A program made the translations under genes and the position numbers. Of a DNA stretch of 64,000 bases, positions 48,544 through 61,000 are shown piece after piece. The notes below the pieces were generated by a model that saw only the letters and a list, made by a program, of their open reading frames with translations, was not told the origin of the DNA and did not search any database. Every line of letters begins with the position of its first letter. The stretch's first letter is position 1. Source of the DNA: Antedon mediterranea (taxonomy: Eukaryota > Animalia > Echinodermata); the NCBI RefSeq assembly GCF_964355755.1, contig NC_092676.1, positions 9,587,888 to 9,651,887 of the forward strand, written 5' to 3'.

Positions 48544-49655
48544 GTTAGGCTATGTAGCTATAGCTCCATGGTTAGGCTATGGAGCTATAGCTCCATGGGG
48601 GTGCAGGTCAAGTCGGCCCCAAACCGTCTCGGCCAAAGTCAAGTCGGCCCCACGTCAAGTCGGCCCCAAGTCAACTCGGCCTCAAGTCAACTCGGCCTCA
48701 AGTCAACTCGGCCTCACGTCAACTCGGCCAAAAACTAATCGGTCAACTCGGCCACAATAAAGTATGGAACGCAAAAAGTGCTTAATATTATTACGATTCT
48801 TACTATCCACGTTTTAAAAAAAATGAAGAAATAAAAAATATAATATCATATAAAAAAATGAACTCATTGCCGATATGAATAGAAGTACCCGCGTGTTACC
48901 AAAAAACACGTGCAGGTACCGTATTTTAGGAAATCGAAGACGGAGGCCTACGTTCCACCATTTGGCCATAGAAAAAATGATCGTACATCGTTTTTGTGCA
49001 TGATTTGCGTTTTTAAAAAAAGGGGAATCCCCCGGTCAGCGAAAACACGTAGCAGTTGTAGATATCGAAAAAGCTGGCAAACGCGCAGGGAGGCTCAGCT
49101 AAGAAATTTTATTAAACGTAAATAATTAAAGGAAAGTTGGTGAAATCATTCCTATTTTTTTTGCTAAATATATTATTGTCTAAATAATAATATTCATTAA
49201 AAGTCAGAATTATTCATAGTTAAAAAAGAAGAAATATTATTTTATCAATCCCCTTTATTTGCACTTTTTGCGTTCCATACTTTAACGGGGCCGAGTTGAC
49301 CGATTATTTTTTGGCCGAGTTGACGTGAGGCCGAGTTGACTTGAGGCCGAGTTGACTTGAGGCCGAGTTGACTGGGGCCGACATGACTTGGGGCCGACTT
49401 TACTTTGGCCGAGACGGTTTAGGGCCGACTTGCTCCATGGTTAGGCTATGGAGCTATAGCTCCATGGTTAGGCTATGTAGCTATAGCTCCATGGTTAGGC
49501 TATGGAGCTATAGCTCCATGGTTAGGCTAGCTCCATGATGGTTAGGCTATGTAGCTATAGCTCCATGGTTAGGCTATGGAGCTATAGCTCCATGGTTAGG
49601 CTATGGAGCTATAGCTCCATGGTTAGGCTATGGAGCTATAGCTCCATGGTTAGGC
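48544..49655. repeat. 27-bp minisatellite (7-bp spacer plus 20-bp palindrome), interrupted by a foldback element
   Basis: Unit GTTAGGC + TATGGAGCTATAGCTCCATG; 2 units at 48544-48597 and ~7 units at 49440-49655. Confidence 0.9.
48598..49431. mobile_element. Foldback-type element with 15-16 bp subterminal repeats
   Basis: (AAGTCAACTCGGCCTC)n at 48608-48755, mirrored at 49288-49431; right terminus truncated. Confidence 0.8.
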
Positions 49656-49879
49656 TATGCTGAAATAAAAGATTATTGATTGATAAAATAAATAATAATA
49701 AACGACAAGTAACAATAAGTAGTATGTGAACGCAAACATATTTCCTTTCTGTTTTTGTTTGTAGGGTATCAGCAATATACATATATTTTGCCTATATTTG
49801 TATTTATATTTTAATGTAAAAACGAATGTTACATGATGATGCGTTTATTTATAGCTAGCGCGATTGTATTGCGTTTGAC

Positions 49880-50714
49880 CAAAGAATATATATCACAAGA
49901 ATGAGTAATCCGCGATTTTCCCTGTAACAGTAATATTGTCCATGTGGTAGGGCGCCGCCATAAGTGTGGATGTATCTGGGATGTATACAACTTTTTGTGA
50001 CGGTTTCACTAATCAAAGGCTAGACCACCGGTAGTATTTTCATGATAAAAAATGTTATCAACTACATGCCAACATCATGTTAAATACTATTTGGATATTT
50101 AATTGTTCGTTTTATGCAATTTATTTAGTAAAAACTGCCGTATAAACAGTTTGCTTTATCAACCGGGCGCTACAATAGCGTGACCGGGCGTGTTGGTGTT
50201 TACGCGTTTTCACGAACGATAGTTTAATAATATTCCTATATTTAACTTGTTTCTGGTAAAACAAATAAATGTTAATGACATTTAACATTTTATCCTAATA
50301 ATAACATGTATTTTATACTAATTTATATCATATAAACAATACTTAATTTACCGGGCGTAGAGTAGTACGCGGCAATGGTAAAGAATAGGCCAGTCCAGAG
50401 TAACGTTGTTGATTTTGGTGTTGCTGTGTTAGGCCTTTTTTGTGAACTAATTTAGCATGTTAGTAAATAATTGTCTGTAAAAGTGAATGTACACTAGTTT
50501 GTTAATAAATATGTATTATAAAATAGTTTACAATTGCGAAATATATTATCATAATTCTATTTAATGTGACATGTATAATATCTATTAAATCAAGTCTTAT
50601 TTAGTATGTATACATCCGCCCTTATGAGGGCGGGCATCACTCTCTGGAGCTCTCTGTTACAAATTTCTCATGCAAAAATCGCGGAATACTCATTCTTGTG
50701 ATATATATTCTTTG
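49880..50714. mobile_element. P-element-like MITE, copy 1
   Basis: TIR CAAAGAATATAT..CACAAGAATGAGTA; 7-bp TSD GTTTGAC; near-identical to 56150-56972. Confidence 0.85.
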
Positions 50715-50789
50715 GTTTGACCAAGAGTGTTTGGTTTGGTATAGTCTTTGGTTGTTTGACCTGTCAAAATAAATTGACAGATTATTAAA

Positions 50790-50975
50790 AAGTAGCGCAA
50801 CTAGAGGGCGCTTCAAGCGATCGCGCGAACAGCTGATTTCTCAATAAACACACGAGAAGAGTCTGCAGTCGACACAGTGTGTGATTTTGTGCAGTCGTCT
50901 CGAAAATTGAATTTGGTTTCGGGTGAAAAAATGTATATTACGAAATAGAATCAGAAACTCAAGGATAGTTAGTAA
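50790..50975 (+). promoter_or_regulatory. Putative SLC30A1 promoter and non-coding first exon
   Basis: CpG-rich patch, CAACTAGAGGGCGCT motif, donor-like GATA|gttagt at ~50968, AGGCCTA cluster downstream, acceptor ttctcacag at 51783; inference. Confidence 0.45.
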
Positions 50976-51866
50976 TTATTATATGTATTAGTACTTAATT
51001 TTAAGTAAATAAAGTAGATAATATTTACATGTGTAGGCGAAATATTCCGTTAGAGAGGTAGGACAAAGCCTGCCTGGCCTAGCCTAGCTAGGCTGGCCGG
51101 TCTGCTGGCCTTTCTAACTAGGCTAGGCCTAGGCCTATACCAATCATGATGTGAATTATTAGACGAGAATCCCATTAGACCACTATCCGGCCAGGCCTAG
51201 CTAGGTGGTACTGTAGGTTGGTAAGGTTACATTCTGCTACCCACGGCACCAATATAAAATTGCATACCACACTTTGCACAAAGCCTGGACCTGGTCCTTC
51301 CTGCTGTGTGTGTTTCTCTTTGATGCTGGATAAAATCAGGAGGAAGAATAATTTCTGATACATTAATATTAAATTAAAATACAGGCCTAGGCCTAGATAG
51401 GCTAGGCAGTAAAGAAAAGGTAGGTTAAAGAAGCCTGGTTTATTTTTGTTTTATTGATATGAAATTATACCATGAAACTAAACTTCCTATATGCCGGTAG
51501 ATTTTTAATGTACAGGTAAAAAGGCGAGTACAGCCAGTGGGTAGAACAAATCACATCATGTACAGTTTGGTATACAGTAATTAGTAGTCAGCTTTTATTT
51601 TAATTTAAATGTTTCTTTTGGTTTTAATCACCAACAATAGACACAGATTTCTATTTTGTGATTGCTATCTCTTCACTTTTAGTAGGGAGTCAATTAATAA
51701 GCTATTATACGACTGAACGGTGATGGTTTCCTGTCATACAATTTGTTAGATTCTAAAAATGAATTCGTTCTTTGTTCTCACAGACCTATCGCAAGTCCAT
51801 ACTGAGGCAAAACGAAGCTTTAACTTACTGGTACATTATCTAATCAAAGTATAAAGGACAAACAAT

Positions 51867-52043
51867 ATGGGACGTTTCTCAGGAAAATCATGTCGTCTTA
51901 TTTGTATGATGGTGATGACATCAATATTTTTTATAGCAGAGATAACGACGGGTTACATTACCGATTCAATGGCTCTTGTTGCCGATTCATTCCACATGCT
52001 TTCGGATATTGTTTCGTTAATAGTTGGTTTTGTGGCAATAAAG
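51867..52043 (+). CDS. SLC30A1: SLC30A1 coding exon 1 (TM1-2)
   Basis: MGRFSGKSCRL...DSFHMLSD...AIK|gtgaga. Confidence 0.92.
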
Positions 52044-55000
52044 GTGAGATATTTTTTGTTATTGACATAATTGTTACATTTATGCATTTATTCAATTGTA
52101 TGACGCACTGTATGACCCCCGAAAGAGGTGCGTCATTTGTCCGAGGTGATTCATTTGTCCGACAATGTGCATCATACTTTATACATACCATGATGCACCC
52201 CTGTGTAATAAGTCAAGTCAAGTATCATTTATTGTCATTTGTTTTAAGAAAAAACATAGAACTTCTGTTTGCTCTGTTGGCGGAGCACAATATCCAACGA
52301 ACACAACACAAACTCTAAACAAAAAGAAGTGACTTACCTTTTAACTCGAAAACTGTACCCATTTTTAAATTAGTGACGGACATTTTAGAATTTAACAATG
52401 ATGCACCATATAACTGTCTTTGACGTTCCCTTCAATGACGACTTGTTGACCCTGATTGCTTCTTAACCTGGGTGGATGGTAAAGTGACGGACATTGATGT
52501 ACTACCGTTCATTACTGTACAGTACTATTAGGTTTTTTTATGCACCCTCTCCATCATTAATTATTTGTAAATGACGCATCTCTCCCGTACAGTACCATTG
52601 ATCTGACAAAAAGTATCTTTGCAGTAAAATGAAAACATAGGAAATACATCGCCTTCCATTTCCCTATGCCATTAAAAAAATATTAGTATAGTAGTATAAT
52701 AGTAGGAGTTGGATAGCCGAGTGGTTAGGACACTTGACTGTCATACAGATTATAGACCCGGGTTCAATTCCCGACATCTCCCAGTCCACTCGGCTGTAAA
52801 TGAGTACCTAGTTGAAAATACTAGGGAGAAAAGAAGCGGCGTGGAAAGGAACCGGCCACCCTACCACATAATGCCAAGGCTTAGTACAATGAGCTCCTAA
52901 CAGCTTATTCCCTACGTTCAGAATGAACACGGGACTCACCTCACCCATAATAGTATTACAGTAGTATATAATATATTTAGTAGTATGTAAAACCTCCAAT
53001 CTTTAAAAGAAGCCTTCTTCTTCGGGTTTGAAATAAAGTAATCTCAAAAAGAAGCCCATCTAGATAGTAAACCCATTGGGCTTCTTTTCAAGATAGTATG
53101 GGCTTCTTTTTGAGGTACAGTACAGAAAGAAATTACTGCAACTTTTCCTATGAGCTGGTTTTTTGGTCACATGGCATGAAACGTGTTACTTTGTTGTTGA
53201 CCGCTCACATGTTTATAATAACTCAGTACGGCCGCCGGGGGTTGATACACTTTATCAGTGCACGTTTGAGGATGGCTGCTCTGACGATAAGGTCGTGTTA
53301 TGTACCGGGATTTTTTGGGCCACATGACTCTCTAAACTGTGCCCATGTCTCACATGTTTTTCAAATTCTGGACCTTTTTCTTTACAACAATGCTGTAATA
53401 ATAACTAAATATAGGCCTATTTCTTAACATGGAATATGTGCATTGTCCATGCTTCTAAAGGCGATGACAATGGTGTTTATTAACTTTGCAAACCACCCTA
53501 CGATTTCAAACAATAATTTGTAATCTACGAACAATACTTTGTAAGCTACTGTACGTCAGAACAATTATTACGCGTAGACTACAAAAGGTTGCTCGTAGAT
53601 ACAAAGTAATTTCTTACTGTAATGTAGACTATATTTTTGAAGTTCAAATGAATTGGAATGTGTATGATCATGTTGTTCATATTACTGGCTTACAATCCTA
53701 AACAATGACCTACAGCCCTTAATTATCTGAACATTCATAGTCTTATGTGTTGATTATTTTCCAAAGAGTACTTTGATTGCATCTTGTATATTCTTCGTTG
53801 CCAAATATATTGGAATGGAATGTTTCAAAAATCATATTATGGTATAGCAATTCACAAATTGACAGCATTCAATTGGAAAAGAAGCAACCCCCCCCCCCCC
53901 ACCCCCTACTTCTTTAGTTTGCAAAAGTAATCTTGAATTTGAAAAGAAGCCTATCTCAAAAAGAAACCTACTCGAAAAGAAGCTCACCTTAAAGGAAGTC
54001 CTAGAAAATTTGAATCCCATGGGCTTCTTTTCGAGGTTACGGTATGCACTGTGCAGTATAAAGTACAACCATTGCAACTACATCGATTAATAATATTTAT
54101 ATCTTGTTTTTAGGAAGCACTGAAGCAGATCTAAGTTTATTGTTGAAATATTCTGTTTTGATAAAGATAGTACAGTATGTCAGGAATTTCTCCTGTGATT
54201 TCCTTAGTTTTGTTTACTTTCAATAGTTCCTGTAAATTAAATTATAATGAAATTTAAAAAAAAATAATTAATTTTCAAGTCTTTTATTATATATAATATT
54301 TAATAAATTTGCATTACATAATATTAAATTAGGCCTACTCAGGGAGGAATTTTCTCCATGGCCTATTCAAATTGTGAATAGCCACTTAATTAAAAACACC
54401 ACACACAGGAAAAAAGGTACTATATCATGTACTGTAAGCATTAAAAAAAATCCATGTTCTATGCACAAATATGTCTGACAATTATTGTGTGGTTACAATG
54501 TTGTCCAGATTAAAACCAGAGTGATTGTTTTATATTTACAATAACCCCTCCTTTGAGACATCCCAAGTAAATAAACACTGAGGATCACTGTGGGTTTTAT
54601 TTTATTGTTATTTATTTGGTAACTGTCCGTTCAGTACATATTTTTAAAACTACAGACTTATATTAAAATATCTGGTAGCTATTTTACCTATTGTTATTGA
54701 TGATCGTTCAGGCGTGCAATCGGCCAGTCTAGTCCAGCAGCAGCTAGCATTAAAATAACTCATTGTTTACTTGACATGCTGATAGTGATAATGACTTCAT
54801 TAAATAAACAATTATTATACACTGAAAGCCGTTCAACGCAACGCAAATGGAAAAACAACATGTTGAATGCATTGGGATTTTTTCAATAATTCTGTCCTGT
54901 ACTGTACTAAAGGAAGGGGGAATATATTTAACACTTTACTGCCAACTCATATTCTTTTTTTGTTTTTTATTTTAGGTTTCAAAACTTCAAACTTCCCGTA

Positions 55001-58000
55001 ACACCTACGGATGGGTAAGGGCTGAAATCGTTGGGGCGCTTGTGAATGGCGTATTTCTGGTTGCTTTATGTTTCACGATATTCGTTGAAGCATTACAGCG
55101 TTTTATAGAGAAAGAAATTGAAGTTCAGCAGCCGAAACTTGTTCTTGGCGTTGGTACAGCAGGCCTTGTCGTTAATCTACTTGGACTCGTTTTGTTCAGT
55201 TCACATGGTAATTGTTTTCTTTTTTTGTGTCAGAAAAAAAATTCATTCAACACCCCTGTCACACAATGGATCCATCCATTTACTCCTAGGGTTGCAAAAT
55301 AGTGTTGGTGCAGTAGTCTATGAATAAGTGCTCTTAGTCTTACCTGAGGGTATGTTCAGACCTACGGAGTTATGCTTTCGTATCACAGCCAAGGTCATAT
55401 TTTAATGAGCGTCGTAAGAGCAAAGTGTTCAGATTCATTGCAACGAAGTTGCGTTACAAACGGATATGATGTCACTCGCTGGCGATTCTCTAACGCACGC
55501 ATAGACCATGGAGCTATAAAAGCTCCATGCATAGACCTACCTAATTCGGCATTATCGATTGGTTGTCAGGCATACCAACCAGCCGATCGTTTTGGGGTTT
55601 GGGTTTATATTTGGTCTATGACCTAAAATATCATTTATGGCAGAAAAATGTTCAAATCCCATACTTGCACCGGCTCCAGATTTATTTACTCGGTCTTTCG
55701 CCCGCTTTATACGACGACCCATTCAATTTCGTTTGGATATTAAATCCTTCTTTATGAGGATGGCCCATCTGCTAACATGTCCGCCATGTCGTTGAACACA
55801 GACATCTTGTTGCCGGTGCTTTTATGCCAGTTTTTCACTTCCAACCGATCTCTGAACTCTTCCCCACAATGAAATAAGGTATTTTTCTTCGGTTTCTCGC
55901 CAATGCGCACGCTTCGATGACATTTTAAATTAATTAATATAATAATATTAATAATAATAATACTGTATAGTGTAACAACAAAAGGTATGATTTTTTTGCA
56001 CGTTCACCGATCACAACAAATGGATCAGCTTGGCTATACGATGAGGAGCACATGTCACGATGTGATGTGGCGAATATTGTAATTTGATTGGCTAGATATC
56101 TAACCTAGGTCATATTCATCGACATCGACTTTCGTATTGTAAGCGACGTCAAAGAATATCACAAGAATGAGTAATCCGCGATTTTCCCTGTAACAGTAAT
56201 ATTGTCCATGTGGTAGGGCGCCGCCATAAGTGTGGATGTATCTGGGATGTATACAACTTTTTGTAACGGTTTCACTAATCAAAGGCTGGACCACCGGTAG
56301 TATTTTCATGATAAAAAATGTTATCAACTACATGCCAACATCATGTTAAATACTTTTTGGATATTTAATTTTTCGTTTTATGCAATTTATTTAGTAAAAA
56401 CTGCCGTATAAACAGTTTGCTTTATCAACCGGGCGCTACGATAGCGTGACCGGGCGTGTTGGTGTTTACGCGTTTTCACGTAGGATAGTTTAATAATATT
56501 CCTATATTTAACCTGTTTCTGGTAAAACAAATAAATGTTAATGACATTTAACATTTTGTCCTATTAATAACATGTATTTTATACTAATTTATATCATAAA
56601 AACAATACTTAATTTACCGGGCGTAGAGTAGTACACGGCAATGGTAAAGAATAGGCCGTGCTGAGTAACGATTTGTTGATTTTTGGTGTTGCTGTGTTAG
56701 GCCTTTTTTGTGAACTAACTTAGCATGTTAGTAAATAATTGTCTGTAAAAGTGAATGTACACTAGTTTGTTAATAAATATGTATTATAAAATAGTTTACA
56801 ATTGCAAAACTATTATCATAATTCTATTTAATGTGACATGTATAATATCTATTAAATCAAGTCTTATTTAGTATGTATACATCCGCATCAGGCATCACTC
56901 TCTGGAGTTCTCTGTTACAAATTTCTCATGCAAAAATCGCGGAATACTCATTCTTGTGATATATATTCTTTGGCGACGTCCACTAAACTCATATCTTGAG
57001 CTTTCGTAGCGTACGAAATATCAGTGTCGTACGAGGTGGCTTCCACTAATCTTTTCCTGGTTCAGACCTATGGACTTGTACGCCGCGTACAATACGAAAG
57101 CATAACTCCGTAGGTCTGAACAGGCCCTGAGTTAACTGACATTGACACTGATTCAATATCTCTCCCAGACAGAATTTAATTTGAATACAATATGGCTGAA
57201 TCTTTTAACTACTTAGAATAGATGTCAAATTATGTTATTTATTTGTCTGGTGTACAGTAACAACAGCTGTTGTACAGTAATTGTATTATGGTTGTAAACA
57301 TACTTAAATCATGGATGAATTGATAACTTCCTAGTTTTAATTGATGCTTATTAGTATATTACATAATCTGCTGATTAATTATTATACTAAATTGTGAAAC
57401 TTTAATTAAAGACTTTTCACTTGGATGAACATCCTTCCATTTCAATCATTCTTTTCTTAGATTATTTATATTTAATTAGTTACTCCATGGAGAAATTTTT
57501 CTCCATGGTTACTCCATGGTTCCGCACTCGTCTAGGGTGAACTGTTTTTTTCCGAAATTGCATTCTTTCTGCCATTTTTCATGGTCGCGTTTTTAAAAAT
57601 AAAATCACACTCACATTTAGAGTATTATGCATTTTTCGTTTGATAACCTAACTCGTTATAAATGTAGATAATATGGTTGAAATATCATGGTAGCTGGAAG
57701 CAATTAAAATCACTTATTGTTTTCATTTAATGACTTCTATCTAGATTGACCTTATTTTTATTTATTTCCACTGATTTTAGTTTATTATTAATTCAATAAT
57801 ATTTTATTACACAAGTGACTGCAAAATTGCCCTAAGCTATATATTTTATCAATTTGTTGATGTCATGGTGCAATGGTTCAGGCATCATGGTTTAGTAAAA
57901 ACTGCTGTTGCATTGTGCCTGTTTATCTTTTGTACTTAAATTGTATAAAATTCTTTATAATTTAACTCTGAACTTAACTCTGAACTATTTTTCTAATAAT

Positions 58001-61000
58001 TGAATCACACAACCCTAGACATACAGTAGCCAGTCAAATATTACTTTGACTATACCCAAGTTTGAATATTAAAAACGTACAGTAGCCTTGCATATAAAGG
58101 TGCACTTGAATGCAATAATTTTGGTGCCAACATTCATTCGTCCACGACCCTACAACCATTTGAACATAAACAAAATTAATTAATCATTAGTCAGTATTAC
58201 ATCAGGCGGTTTAGAATTTCACCTATGCCTGTATGTGTATACTGGATATTATTTACTGTACATTAATAATAATTGTAGTTTTATAGCGCATAATACCGTT
58301 TCTAAGTACTTTACACACAAAAATGATCCATTAAATATCCTAAAATAACCAAAAAATGAAGAAGAAGCAGATGAACCATTTACACTGCTCCGTTCTCACA
58401 GCACTCTGTCTGAAGCTCCCAAATCAGAGCTTGACGAAAAAGAATTCATGAGCTCGATTGAAAAAGGCATCTGTCTATAGTAGTAGTATCAATTGTCATA
58501 TCCTACCAAAATAAGAAGTAAAAAGATGTTGCTTTTTTAAAATATCGATTGATGTTGCTTTTTTAAAATATCGATTGATGTTGCCTCTTTAAAAGCTTGT
58601 GGCAGATCATTCCAAAGACGAGCAGAAGAAAAGATAAATGATCTGTTGCCATAGAAAACAGTGGCCCATTTTGATAAATAATATTGTTAAAGATTGTTTG
58701 TATTATCTTTACATGTGCAGGGAAGAACAGCGATGAATATATCTGGGCCTCCGTGGTAAAAAATTTAATTAAAATATCGGCATGTCAGTTTCCCAGCAGT
58801 AGCCTCATGTACAAGCCAGATATTGTATTGAATTTAATTTTTTTTAACACGCCTTGAGCACTCTTGAGTGGTATGTGTGCTTTATCAATCCATATTATTA
58901 AATATTATTATTATTATTACTGTACAACAAGGTCCATAACTAAACTGTATCTTAATCAATCTTAATTGACCAAAATAATATGATACGTACAGTAAATGGA
59001 TAATGGATGGTAAACAATGTTATAATAATGAAATGATTTCATGCCATTGTGTGAATGGTTTTGTATAGTGGCTGTAGTTAAAAAATTAATGCATTTTAAT
59101 GGCCTCTTCTATATTCCAACTTTGTTCCAACTTTCACTTCAGTGCATGTATTTCATTGGACTCAATAATGTTTCATTAGTCTATGATTGACACGAAATGT
59201 CTTTCGTGCCTAATTAATGTAACTTACAGTTACCAACAATAGTCTATACTCCTTTAAACAACAAGATCAAAGTAGTTAATTCATTGGTTGCAGTTGATAA
59301 AACTTGTTCAAAATTGTTTAACTATAACCATGTGTTTTTTGTAGACTTTTTATTACTGTATGTACAATTTTACTTATGTATTTCAGGTCATGGACACAGT
59401 CATGGTGGCAGTGGACACAGCCATGGAGGACACAGCCATGGAGGAGAAGGAAAAAACCACTCGACCAAGATAGAATCTGATGTTGCTTATAGAGGAATTT
59501 CAGACAATAATGACGTAGTAGTAACGCTGTTAAACAAGGAAAATGGAGCAGCAAATGGTACAACCTTTAAAGGGGATGTTACAGAACAAGCTGTAGTTGA
59601 TTTTGAGGCTCAGAAATGTAAGAGTACTTTTGACGAAGATCAAGAGGAAGCAATTGGTAAGTTTTTTACTCAATTCCTATACTCAAAAACACACCTGCAT
59701 ACACATTTATTTTTCACAAACCTTTTGCAATATTATAATAATTTTAAAATATTATAATTGAATAAAAGCTCCACATAAAATAAAGTACTGATCTTATCAG
59801 TATAAACATAAATTTGTTAATTTACCATAATCATCACCCATAATCATCTAAACATTTTGTTAAAAAATGTGCATACTTTTTTTTTATCCACAAATACACC
59901 CCCCTACTTCCCAACACATTGTCAATACAGTAGAACACTTCTTTTGGGACACTTTCCCATGAAACAAACGAGGAGAAATACATGTTTTTAACACTAAAGC
60001 CACCAACTATTCAGGGACTTACAGTAATAGGATACTTTGTTGGGTCCCAATGGTCCTTACATAGGGGTTCCACTGTATTAATACAATGTGTGCCAATCAG
60101 TGCTCTTGTATTAATCAAAGAAGCTTAATTAAGGACAGTAGTTGGTAACTATTATTAGATTAAACGTTTTTAATAATTGTGCTGTAGTTGTTTGTGTAAA
60201 TCTGGCCTTGTGGTTCAGGTGCAAAATTTTGAAGGAGATTAGGCCTACACTAGGTTTTTAATGCTCAAGTCTCTTTAGCACTTCACATTTTTAAACAAAT
60301 ACAGGTATGACCTGTAGGTAAACCAATAAATAAGTAATGTCAGATAAATACTGTATAAAGCTTGGTTCCCACTAGAACGTAACGCAAGGACGTAAACGCA
60401 ACGCAAGCGTTTTAACCAATGACAAGCGAAGTTATAGACAGTTAGCAATCACAAGCGAATAAGGCATCGCTTTTGATTGGTCAATTTACTTGCGTTGCGT
60501 TACGTCCTTGCGTTGCGTCGCTAGTGGGAACCACGCTTAAACACAAACAACAACTACACTTAAAAACCTAGGCTAGGTTTAGAAACAGAATATACATCAT
60601 ATTTTCAGGTACTAAATATTATTATAGACCAATCATTAAGCAACGTTGGGCCCGGTTGCGTTCTGGATGGGAGACCGTCTAGAAATCGCGGCCGGTGCTG
60701 TATATACTGGAGAGTAATGGTGTAAAAAAAAGAACTTGGTACACTATTTGAAAAGAGTAGGGGATCGTCTCCCGGTGTGCTGATCTGGTAGGCGCTGCAC
60801 TGCTGGCTGCTGTGGGTCCGTGGAGGGCCTAATCCGAATCTCTTCAGTTTCCAGTTAAGCTTGAGGATTAAGATAATTACCTTTACCTTTTACCTTTGAA
60901 TATAAGAAGTGTGAGTTTTGTAGATACATGAGTGCAAAAGAGGCTTCAAATGCGCAAGTCTCATGCTGATACTATGTATCCTGCCCAAAATTTAAACAAA

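Noticed and set aside
48544-49655. CRISPR-like palindromic repeat array
   Set aside because: The spacers are identical 7-mers, the context is eukaryotic and there are no cas genes; it is a minisatellite.
50720-51800. MTF-1 metal response elements (TGCRCNC) at the ZnT1 promoter
   Set aside because: By eye I found only near-matches (TGCACAA at ~50886 minus and ~51274), not the consensus; a motif scan is needed.
52705-52775. tRNA gene (also at 11103, 19017 and 34800)
   Set aside because: Box A/B are present but there is no clean cloverleaf, and these heads are SINE-like, most being followed by a recognisable body.
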